64,000 nucleotides of DNA, taken from contig NC_045704.1 in assembly GCF_009834535.1 (NCBI RefSeq), positions 76,136,001-76,200,000 on the forward strand, in the 5' to 3' direction. Positions 9,142-20,709 of this stretch are shown here, piece after piece. How positions within the stretch are numbered: the first letter of the stretch is position 1; every line of letters begins with the position of its first letter. A model generated the notes under the pieces. That model was not told where the DNA came from. It saw only the letters and a list, made by a program, of their open reading frames with translations, and ran no database searches. This stretch comes from Camelus ferus. Taxonomy: Eukaryota. The position numbers and the translations under genes are program-made.

Positions 9142-12100
9142 AAAAAACATCTTAGTGTCTTACTTGAGACCAAGGAACTCCCTTGGCTGGGGAGTGGTTT
9201 AAGTCTTTAAGACAGTGAAGCCAGGGGAGACAAAATAAGCTGCTCTATAAAAGGGACTGAAACACAAGAAATACATCTTACTGTTGTTTTTGGATGCAAG
9301 AGAGAGTTTCAGCATGATGTGTTTATGTTTTGTTATGTTGCACAAAAAAGTTCTGTAAATGAAAGTTACATTTCTTTACATTTATTAAATCAGAACCAAA
9401 AGCATTTGGGAAACACAATGCATTTATTAAATAGGGGTAAGCTCTACTTTTCAGGTTTTTGACTATTATTGTCTTAAAAGGATATACTGTCATTTGAAAT
9501 ATGAACCTGAGTCGGGCTGCCTTCATTTTGTGGTTCAATTACACATGGAGGAGAGTTTAAACACATTAATGGTCACAGTAAGGCATATCTTTGTTTTGAT
9601 AATACACCAGAGACACAATTGAGCAAGTTTCCAAGGATTTTGAAGATGTTTAAATGAAAAAGATGAATAATGAGAAGCAGGACCACCAACAGAGAGATTT
9701 TCACACCAGATTTTTAGGTGTGGCATGCTATCAGAATAGCCAGCTGGTGGGAGTTGAAGCATGAGATAATGAGCTGGGAAAACTAAAGGTAAGAGTGGAG
9801 TATAGGGTACAATGGAAGAACAAAGGACAGCAAGGCAACAGTCATGCTAAATAGTGCCAGGAGAGCTAAATCGAAATACACGAGGATAAGAATATAAACA
9901 GCGCATACATCACGTAGGTTTAATTAATTGTAAAAGCTAAACAGATAAGGCAGGATTCATTAAGCTTACTGGCTTCCGGCATCCCTTAGGGCAACCTAGA
10001 CCTCAGAGGCTGGAGGAGTGTTGAGACGCCCTGGGCTTTCGGAGAGTTGTCTCAAACCCTTCTTTAATAATACTGCTGTTGCATCTGTGCACTAGAAGGA
10101 AGAAGTGGTCCCTGCTGTTCAGTAACGGCCACAGAGGGCACCTGGAGTGCTGGGAATGACCTCAGTGTGGTGGTACGCGCTTCGGAATTTTACCTTATTG
10201 AACTCGTACGTAGGGAGAATATGGCCACCTATTCTCAGCTCTGTTCTAGCTTCATGTTTCTCATGGAACAGTCAAGAGTCTTTAGCTGTGAAGCTTCTTT
10301 AAAAACTTTTAACCATGGTTTGACAATGTTTGATGAGGATATCTTGAAAGCAAAATCATATTTCTGAGAGAAATAAGCACTGGTACGATATTAAGCTTGT
10401 GGGTTCGAGGGTTTGTGTGTTAGCAGGGTGTGGCGAGCAGGTGATATGGAGCTATGACCTTAAATATGAGTTTGCCATTTACAGTAAAATGCAGCCATTA
10501 TACTCATGAATATTTTAGCAACAGAAGATCAGTTTCCAGTATCTTATTCTTGGGAACATACAATATATAGGAACAGTTGACGCTGGTATTATTAACAATA
10601 GCGTACCAGAACAAAGTAACAAGTATTCTTTTTAATCTTCAAGAATAGGTATCAAAATTAATAAGCTGAGATTTGAATTTGTATCCTGGTGTAATCTACA
10701 TGTTAGGTAGAATCACCTAGTCAGTTTCCTTACAGTTTGGGAAACCTGTAAGCCAGAACTTCCCCGGTAGCCCAACTTCCCCTAAAACTATCATTTTCCA
10801 CTTATAAAGAAGGCACTCTTGTGATGCTTTTTGGTTGGGAAATAGCCATTGCTGGGGCTTATTTCTGCCACTGGGTATTCATTTTTGTTTCCTCTGATTA
10901 TTTAAGAGGGTGTGAAAGTACACTTTAAAGCTGAAGGCATTTCTGTGCACTCTCTATTGGGGTCGGACACACTGTCTCTTAAAGGTGGCACGTCAGAAAT
11001 GTAGAACCCACCAGACTGATCACTGTTCTTTTATCCCTCATCCTACTAGTGTCCTCCAGCTGCATTTCAGGGGTTCTGAGGCTTTTGGAGGAGCCCTCCT
11101 CCCTTCTCAGGGACTCACCTTCTCTATCTTTTCCTGTTCACCAGTCAACTATAAGCTGGTAACGAAGCAGCTGGGCAGGAGAGAAAGGTCCAATAGAGGT
11201 GAGCCCCTCCCATAAGGTCCCACTCTGTCACCTCCAAACTCTGTCCAGATTCCTCAGGGCAAAACTGACGCTGGCATCTACAGTGCTAGGCACCAGATGG
11301 CTGGGGTATTTTTAGTCTTATGGGAGGGACTAAAGAAGCAAGGCCTGATGGCTCGGGCGTGTCTCCAGCTTTTAAGTTACATAAGGAAGATGGAGCCACT
11401 AAAGGGAACCGTTGAGCTGTTGCCTGCTTCGCAGCCCTTTCCGTATAGAAGCTGATACGTATTTCACTCCTGAAGAGTTCGGCTGGGTTAAAATCTGGTT
11501 TGTCTTGTTCTTATGTAACAAATAAGCTATAGGAAGATTGAACATTAATGGATGATCTCTAAAAGAAAGTGGTAAAGATTTCTTTTCAAGAATAGCATAA
11601 ATACGAACATTCCAAAACGTAGCTGAGGTCTTTGCTTCCCTCACCCCACCACCATCTATGAAATGATTGCATTATTTAACTTAACTTTACTTGTCTATGT
11701 CTGATCATGATAATGATACTTTTCTTTCTGTCACTCCACCCCCACCTCCACCATAATGTAGGTATGAGTTATTTGGAGAAATGGGCAAATTTCCATAGAA
11801 TAGTGGGTAGACAATACTACAGATTTTTTTCACCTTGAAATACTAAGCTGTGAAACAAAAACAGCGTAGAGTCTTAGTTTGAACTGATTGTAAATTCTAG
11901 TTCTCTACTTCCTGTGCACATGTGTACACGGCCTTTATGCTTTATGCGGGCTATTATTATTCAGTGTAAAAATGACGTTTTGACTGTTATAAAACTAATG
12001 TAGCATTTATGTTCTTCTTAACATGTGACACATCTGATACCTATTTTGCTGGTGACAGCAACTATCATTGCATCATAAAAATATTATTCCTCTTTTGCCA

Positions 12101-14889
12101 CATACTTATTTTGCTTCCATTTACTCCCTTTTATTGTATATTTATAAGATAATGGAGGAAAAGAGGGAAACATGGCTGTTGGCAATCTCAGTGACTCCAT
12201 GGTACTTACACTGTTCAATAAACCTAATAATCTTCGTGGACTAATTCTGACTTATGGATGTCCTGCTTCAGTACATCAGAGTGATTTTCTCTAGTGAGTA
12301 ATGGACAAGTGCAGTGTGCCAGTACCTTAATTAAAGAGTGGTTCTCTTAGNNNNNNNNNNNNNNNNNNNNNNNNNNNNNNNNNNNNNNNNNNNNNNNNNN
12401 NNNNNNNNNNNNNNNNNNNNNNNNNNNNNNNNNNNNNNNNNNNNNNNNNNNNNNNNNNNNNNNNNNNNNNNNNNNNNNNNNNNNNNNNNNNNNNNNNNAG
12501 GTCGTCTAATGCATAAATAAAATCTACCCAGATGAGGGGTGAGAGGAAAAATGAAGAGCAGATGTTTGTTCTGAACATCTTTTTATACAGCCAGAGAGTT
12601 AAATGCACAGGCTGTTAAATACAATGTCCAAAATGTTTTCTTAGTTGCACAATTGGAAGTTTTGATTTTTGAGTGTTTTGTTTCTGTCTCAGCTTTCTAG
12701 ATTTAAATCACTTGAAAAGTGAACACTGTATTTGTCAGATGCATAGATTTTACAGAATATAAGCTCAACATTATTTATTGTTTCTTTGAGGTGAACAGTT
12801 TCAAGGGAAGTCATGTGATTTATTATAGTAACTGTTAAACCTGAAAGACCAGTGAACATTTTGATAATATGCTCACATATTAGTAAGACATGCTGTCAGC
12901 AAAGTATCAAGGTACTGGTTTCAGATATAAGATAGTAGAAATTATTTTTCAACCTCAGGAACTTTGGGACAGAATTGTAAGAACTTTTTCAGTGGCCTGG
13001 GAAACTCAAATGTGCATCTCCATTACTTGCCCTGTTTCACGATATTCCTAAACATAATTATCAATGATTTTTCTCAGTGGTGTCTGCTCAATCTCTTACC
13101 CCCTGCAGCGCCTACCCAAACTCCTCATAGGCAGTAGCTGTCAGTTACTATTTACCCTCTATGCCTCCTTTTCCTTTAAGAAAGGGGCCAGGGGGTGCTA
13201 GCACAGAGCCTCCTCTTGTACACACATTGAGGTGGTTTCTTCTCTGTTGCCCCAGCTCAGAACCACAGGCCCCCACCCTAACGCCAGGACCTGGAGCGGT
13301 CCAGGGACAGAACCATTCTCACAGGGTGACAGGAGCTGAAGAGGTCCCCTGCACTCTAACCCTCAGAAGGAATCAGATTTGTAAACCCTCTCTGTTTCAA
13401 TATTTGGTATTTGTTCTAATGGGGACAAAATGAGGCTGAAATTCACTTTCTTGAAGCAAGGCTTTCAAATGGTTAGTGCGCAAACATGTGATAGTGGGTA
13501 AGCCTGGACGCTTGGGGAAGTTTAAAAGTGTAAAAGCAGTTGGGCATTCAAGTTTTCTCAAATACGTTGGGAAAATGTAATATGGAAGTGCTCTGCCAAT
13601 TACAAAAGGCTTACAGTTATCCTGTAAGTTCTCTCAGTCTTTCTCCTAGCTGCAATTTGAACGAATCCACCAAAATATTTACCCTTCCCCTCTCCTGTGA
13701 GAGGCGTCCTGCAGGGTGCTTTTGAGGCATTCGGCCTGACATTTGTCCATTCTTCCCAATCGCTTCTAATTATTGAAGTTGGGCTTCACTATTGCTTAAC
13801 AGATTCTGCTTCTCTAACACCTTCCTTCTTTCTGTCACCCAAAAAGACTTGACCTCGGCCTTGGAACAGACACTGGGCTGTAGATACTTGGAGATGCAGT
13901 AGGCAATAGTCAGTGCCTTTAAGGAGCTGATGTCCAGAAGGGGCCCAGACATGTAAATGGAAGGTGATGATGGCTTGGGTTAGGTGCTTGTACTGTGTGA
14001 CTGTGTAAAGTGCCCTGGTAACAGAGCAGGAAATACTAATTTAGTCTGGGTAGCCTAGCAAAAGCTTTGATGATGATGACATTTACTTGGTGCCTTGAAT
14101 ATGTGCCTTAGAATGCCGAGCAGCCTGTGCAGAATGGATATTCTAGGTGCCAAATTATGTTTAAATACAGCACAACATGTTAAGGAACTCCAAATAGTTG
14201 GGAGTTGGTGGAGTAGACAGATTCTGGGAGGTACACTTCCATCTTCTCGCTGTGAACCTTCAGCATCTCCAAGGCCTCTGAGCCCCACATGTCATAGGAA
14301 ATCTAAGATTATATAGGTTCTCATATATCAACTAAGTGCAGGTGAGAAGCTTTCTAAGGCAGTGGGGTTAGGGGATGATCCAGTGTGGCTGTGTTAACAA
14401 GGAAATGCAAAGACCAGGAGAGCTGTAACATTGCTTAACTGCCTAGAGTCACGAGTAACTCCAAGCTGTGATGCTTAAATGGAAAGTCTAGAAAAGCTCT
14501 CCAAATTCCACAAAGCCATCAGAGCATAACAACGTCAACAGGACTTGGCAACCAATCAGATTTCATGGAAGGAAAGACTTCAGTAGGAATCTGGGTAGAG
14601 AGTCCAGTTAAGTATTTGAAAATACTGCTCTGGTGTTCCAGAAAGAGGTTTGTGATCGTAGAAGTTTAGGGAATGGATGATGTGGTTACGATAGGGTGTT
14701 TTCCCTTATTGGTGACTGTAGTCACTTAGAGAACGTTTACAGAACTCTGTGGAATACTGTAATGTAAGGTAATTTTTGAAGGTAATATAATAGAAAAACT
14801 CTGAAGAATAGAAGGAAATCAGAAAAGAGCAGAGTGAGCTAATTCTGATGGCCCGGTAAGTATTTAAATACTCATCCTTCACGTCTGTG

Positions 14890-15090
14890 CAGCACTCAGG
14901 TTATGAGGTTCTTCTCAGATGCCTTCTTTCCTTTAATCCTCACAAGGTGCTTGTGAGGCAAGTACTGTTTAACCCCATTTTGCAGATGAGAAAAAACAGA
15001 GACTTTCCATGACTTTTTTTTTTTTAATATCCCACACATAATAAAGTGACAAAATCAGGTTGCTAATTACAAACCTCATGTTTTCTCTTC
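14890..15090 (-). mobile_element. MIR SINE
   Basis: tttaatcctcacaag...ccccattttgcagatgagaaaaaacagagac is the reverse MIR core. Confidence 0.7.
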
Positions 15091-17179
15091 ATTATGCTCT
15101 TGCGGCCAGACTAGCCTGAAGTGAGCTCAGTACATATAGCAGACCCAGCATATTCCGAAAGGAGCCACTTTGAAACGGGGCAAACGTGAAACAGTAAGTC
15201 TTGTGGCTCTACCCTTCTTGAAATATTCTGGAAGCCACCCTCTCCATGACTTATGGCCCAGTACAGGTATTCCCACTTTGCTTTTACGAAAGACCTACAT
15301 TTATTTAAAAAGGAGAAACGCAAAAATAGTGTTTAGCAATGGTTGTGCAGCAAGCCCGTACAGAGGCGGGGCGCTCCCCGAGCGGCCCAGCGACAGCGGC
15401 CCCGCCCAGCCCCTTCCACGGGAGCTACACTCCGCACCTCGCACCTCGGCACCAAGGCTCCGTAACTTTGAACTGTGTCTGTGAGAAGCTGTGCTCTATC
15501 TCAGTTTCTTTTGTGCATCTGTTAGCAAGATGTGTCCTAAGGTAATTGCTTCTTCGCTTTATGACATTTCAGCTTACGGAAGGTTTCACAGGAACACCCT
15601 ACTTTCAGATAGCGGAGGGAACCTGTATTTCATTATACCACGTTGCAGTGTGTTTATCTGAGAACGCTAACTTCTTAACTTCATTTTTGTCAACTTTATA
15701 ATGTGTGATTGGGCTAATTTGTCATATTGTGTTAGATCTAAGTGTTTTACTGCTAAAACAAAATGATGATAGTTGCTCATTTTCTGAGGGGAGAAATAAA
15801 TAAACGGAACTGAATGTTCTCACTACTAATTTTTCCCTACATTTTCCCATAGATCTTTAATACAACTACTTCCACTTACTGGGCACCATCAAACACTGAA
15901 ACAAGCCACAAACATTAATGGATAAACTTGGAAATGCCCAGCTACCCTAGCTTATTTTAAGAAAGTCTATCCTTCAATTGAGGGCAATAAATATTTTCTT
16001 TTACCTTCCATATATTAATCCACATTCCCTCTGCTGAAACTATAGTGAATGTGTGCTGCCTCTTTCATATAATAAAATTTCATAAAATTGCGGTCAGTGA
16101 TTCTATCCCTCCAAGTCTTTTTTACTTCAAGTTAAATTTAATCATTCTATCATCCAAAAATTTTAATTTTAATTTCCTCTTTTTATAAAAGGAGAATGAA
16201 ATTCAGTAAATAAGAGCATTCAGATGAAAATCTTAGTAACCATAATTAAAAATAAAAAACAACACAAAGCGTTGCTACTTAACTCCAGTGGAGATGCTTT
16301 AAATAAAGGTTTATGGTATAAATACATTTTAAGTGGACAACAGAGTGTCATTCTGACTTGAGGCATATTTTTTAAATCTTTGAGGATTTCTTAAAGAGAA
16401 TATATGCATAAGCAACTCACTTTCCTCTGAGGTTTGTACCATTATAAGGAGAGACTGTATCTAATAATTTCTCCAATTAAATTATGAGCTTCATTAGCGT
16501 GCAAAAAAACAATGCAGTTTAAGAGCTTGTCTCTTTATCCTTAATTCCCCAGTGCCAGACATTTTTTTAAACTAGTGGGTCATTAAAGGAAAGATGTCTC
16601 CTTTTTAAGAAACATAAGGATATTTAGGAAAAATACCACATAATAAAAAAGTGAGATAATTTCCTCCCTCTCTTAATTTATATAGAAAGCTACCTTCTGG
16701 CTACATCTGAGCGCCCAAACAGTGGGAGGCGGGGATACACCCAGCTTTTCTGTCTAATTTCTGGACTCGTGCTTTTTATTCTAATTCGGTGGTTGGTCTT
16801 GCTGTTTTTTTGTCCCTAGGATCAGAGGTATTTCCTGGCACATTAGGAATTCATGGCCATTGGTTGATATCTAGTGTAAGAGTTTTTGTGGATCTATGTG
16901 ATCAGAAGTTCAGTAGAGACAAGTTTCTGTTCATTTTCCAAATACAAGAACAAAAGTGTTAAGATCCTGGCTTTTATTGTAGTAGGTTGATTGTGTGGAT
17001 AGATATGTTCATTTCATTGCAATATATGTATGTATTTCAATTCATTAAGCTACTATTAGAATAAAAAATGTTAGTTTAACCAGGCAGAACTAACTTGACT
17101 GTATATAAGTTCATGATTTCTATTTCTGCCTCCCTTTTTATAGGTAGGAAAACTATATCTAAACAAGATTAACAATCAG

Positions 17180-17230
17180 AGGCAATAAATAAATAAACCT
17201 AATTACCTCCCCCCTCAAAAAAAAAAAAAC
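17180..17230 (+). mobile_element. Tail-only fragment of the camelid-type SINE
   Basis: aataaataaataaacctaattacctccccc plus poly(A); same tail as the copies at 41705 and 57760. Confidence 0.8.
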
Positions 17231-17233
17231 CAT

Positions 17234-17382
17234 GGGGGGTGGGTATACCTCAACTGGTAGAGCCCATGCTCAGCATGCATGAGGTCCTGGGTTCAATCCC
17301 CAGTACCTCCATTAAAATAAATAATTAACTAAATAGACCTAATTACCAAAAGAAAAACCTAAAAAAATAAATAAATAAAATC
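17234..17382 (+). mobile_element. tRNA-Ala-derived SINE (Vic-1-like, camelid)
   Basis: ggggggtgggtatacctcaactggtagagcccatgctcagcatgcatgaggtcctgggttcaatccccagtacctcca (A box, B box GGTTCAATCC, AGC anticodon), then a cctaattacc tail and A-rich end. Confidence 0.9.
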
Positions 17383-17869
17383 AACAATCAGTGACAAAGG
17401 AAGAAAAGAAAATCTTTTAAGTACTCATGTTTGGCAAATGAATTTGTTTCTGAACTTCCACTTGAAAAACACTGAATGAATGAACAGACTAGGTTTAAAG
17501 TATGTGCTATAGGAGCCTCACAGATACCAGTGGTCCACAGATCCCAATCCAGAACCTTGTGTAATCGGGATGGCAGCTGTGTCAGCTCTTTCTTGCCTTG
17601 TGACTGGTGCCCAAGACGACTGATATTATGCTAAAAATGTATTGAGAGAACAGAGGACAAAACATTAGGATCTCAAAAATCATTATTTGTCTTATTTTAG
17701 GAGGAAACATTGGCTAGGAGTCAAGAGAAATAGGTTCAAGCTCTAGCTGTAAGCTCAGAGCAAGTCCCATACACCATAGGCAGTCTCCCCATCTCCAAAA
17801 TGAGTGTTGTGCTTGATTTGTGTTTCTCAGAATTACTCTTCAAATAAAGGTGTCAATGGGTGAAGACAC

Positions 17870-18015
17870 TTGGGAAATGGTGTTTGCAATATTTCCTTCT
17901 AGGAGAATGACAATATATATTAACATATTAAAGGCCCTGATCTGTCCTACAGTAAAGGAACATTTCCATTTTATTTAACTGAAGCCTCCCAAACTTACTT
18001 AGCCCAAAACCCCCT
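17870..18015. mobile_element. Ancient hAT-Charlie (MER-type) remnant; a related piece lies in the opposite orientation at ~5555-5590
   Basis: aaaggccctgatctgtcctacagtaaagg...cctcccaaacttacttagccc; gggttcagtggtcaaataagttt at ~5560 looks like the reverse of the same motif. Subfamily not assigned. Confidence 0.4.
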
Positions 18016-19104
18016 TCTATAAGTATTAGCGTTAACAGGACTCATGTAGGGTAACAAGGTCTCTTCAATCTCCAGTATTATCGGACTTTTCATGGGATAT
18101 AAGGAAATAAATGAAAACATCGTGTGTGTGTTTGCGTGTGTGTGTTTGAATTATTCACGCTGCTAAGAACAGATTGATATTTCACAGCAAGTTCTAAGTT
18201 TAGCTATCATCCTTCCTATATCGTTGCTACATTGGATGAAAAAAGACTGTCTTAGTGAAAGGCTAGCTTTGATAGGGAGTGCCTTTCTTTTTTTAACTGT
18301 TCTTATATTTTGAACCTTGGGGAGTACTTTGTATCTTTAAGAATTATAGGCAATTCACTATTCTATTGAAATAGATAGGGATATTTTTGTTTTGTTTTTA
18401 AGCTAGAGAAATTATGATGGAAGAGTCAGCAAAGATATAAAAAATGAAATGCCAAGTGGTACAATCTGGTGCATTTTAGAGATAAATAGGGATGCTGGCG
18501 GATTTCTGTTCCTCTCAGATGTAGCTCCTCAAACCCTAATTACAGCAATAAACTAAAATCGTGTGTGTAAAGGAAAATAAGATTAACTAATATTTAGTAT
18601 ATTGTTTTTATTTTTTTCTTTTGCTCTGGAAGACATTCTTGAAACCACAGGCTCATTTTAGTTAAGTGCGAGTCGCCTCTCTTCTACTCCTGAAGAGTGT
18701 TAATGAGTAACAAATGAGAGCCTAGGAAAACTGAGATGGTATACAACTAAGGGATATAGTCTTGCCTAGGAATTATGTGGCTGCCCTGGCTGCTTTTACT
18801 CATTTGGTCCTGCTAGAATACCAGGGAAGCAAAGCTGTTACAACATATTGGTGACATCCATGTGTAATTATAGCTCCCCCAGTGCTGCTGAGAACAGGGA
18901 ACAGATGGGGGTAGGGTGGGCCAAGAGATGATGGGAGGAGGGAATGTAAGAGGTCAGTGATTTGGCACGTTGGCAGGAGACAGCCTCATGAACTCTTGTA
19001 TTAGAATTAAATAGGCAGTGTGTATGCCAAATAGTAAGAGTCATAGCATTGCAAAATCATTTCTTTTAGAACTGAAAGAAACCATGAAAATAATTTAATC
19101 TAAC

Positions 19105-19285
19105 TCCCTCTTTTCAGATGTGAAACAGAATGGTTAAATGAATTAGCCAAGATAATATAGTTGCATAACTAAAATTTAGGTCCAGATGAGCTTGAGTTTT
19201 ACTCACTGGTCTGTCACCAGTGCCTAGAAGTGGACCTGTCACACAGTATGTGTTCAGTAAATATTTAGTGAGGGAATGAATGAAT
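19105..19285. mobile_element. MIR fragment (-) followed by an L2 3' terminus (+)
   Basis: ttttcagatgtgaaacagaatggttaaatgaattagccaag...; then acacagtatgtgttcagtaaatatttagtgagggaatgaatgaatg. Confidence 0.55.
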
Positions 19286-20059
19286 GCATATGGAATACCT
19301 CTTTGAGCATCATGTAAACCAACCATTCTAAGAGTTTATACCCTTCCCATTTGGCATCCTGTGGCCATCTTTGTAAACTCCTTACACAAAACTGCAAGAA
19401 AATTGGAGCTAAGTGTAATATTCTTGGTAATATTATTTTATCCAGTATACTAAAATTGCAAAGCTTCAATCTTCAACCAATTATCCAAAGTTAAAGAACA
19501 AAGTTTGTCTACCTCAAGTATCAGAGTAATGTATATATTCAGGATAATATCACCCTACCCAGACACACATTGTTTCTTTTATTATTTGTCTGAATGGTGC
19601 TTTAAGACTAGAAAGACTCTTAGTTCCTTTCCTGGGTGAGGACAAGTCTGTAGAAAGATATGGCCTTTTCTGCTTTATTTGTCTCAGACTCAATAACCAA
19701 GGGGTTTAAAACTGTATAAAAACCATCTTACAGTTTGTAAATGAGGCCTTTAAATATTGATAAAATCAGAGTTGGAGTTGCAGAGTTTGAGCGGAGAAGA
19801 CATGGAAACAGGCAGTGACCTTTTGTGAACATGTGTTTTTATTAGAATAACTCAACTTTATTATACACTCCTAAGTAGCAAAGTAGGATTAAAAATATTA
19901 ATAGTAAAAGACTGATTATGAAAACAAAAGAGGGAGAAAATGAAAGAACATAATATATGGCTAGCAGTGGGATTATGGGTTTTTTTTATTTGTTTGTGCT
20001 TTTTTATATTTTTCACATTACATTCATTGAATATATCATCGGAATAAAATTAGTTTTAA

Positions 20060-20705
20060 AAATAAAGTTAAAATTAAGCAAAGTTGCAAGGTACAACATC
20101 AACACACAAAAATTGGTTGTGTTTTTATACACTAACAATGAACAATTCAAAAAGGAAATTAAGAAAAGAATCTCATTTATAGTACTGTCAAAAAGGCTAA
20201 AATACTTGGGAATAAACTTAACCAAGAAGGCAAAAGACTTGTACACTAAAAACTACAACACTGCTGAAAGAAATTGAAGAAGGCACGTATAAAAGAAGAG
20301 AAATCTCATATTCATGGGTTGAAAGCTGTTAAGATGTTATTACTACCCCAAACAATCTATAAAGTCAGTGCAATCTCTGTCAAAATCTCAAGGACAATTT
20401 TTGCAGAAATAGAAAAATTTACCCTAAAATTCATATGAAATCTCAAGAGACCCCAAATAGCCAAAACAGTCTTTAAAAAGAATAAAGTTGGAAGTCTTAC
20501 ACTTTTTGATCTCAGAACTTATTGCAGAGCTACAATAATCAAAGCAGTATAGTACTGGCATAGACATACAGAGCAATAGAATAGAACTGAGAATCCCAAA
20601 ATAAACCTTACACATATATAATCAGATGATTTTTGACAAGGGTGTTAAGCCCATTCAAAGGGGAAAGGACAGTCTTTTCAGTAAATGGTGTTGGGCAACT
20701 GGATC
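20060..20705 (+). mobile_element. L1 ORF2 fragment (RT/thumb to C-terminal region), disrupted
   Basis: Frame reads LSKVARYNINTQKLVVFLYTNNEQFKKEIKK...KYLGINLTKKAKDLYTKNY, the conserved L1 ORF2 stretch; later tgatttttgacaagggt...tcttttcagtaaatggtgttggg; frameshifted. Confidence 0.92.
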
Positions 20706-20709
20706 TGCC

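Noticed and set aside
19957-20277. 106-aa ORF as a protein-coding gene
   Set aside because: Its C-terminal half is L1 ORF2; the N-terminal half is unrelated flanking sequence and the frame breaks shortly after.
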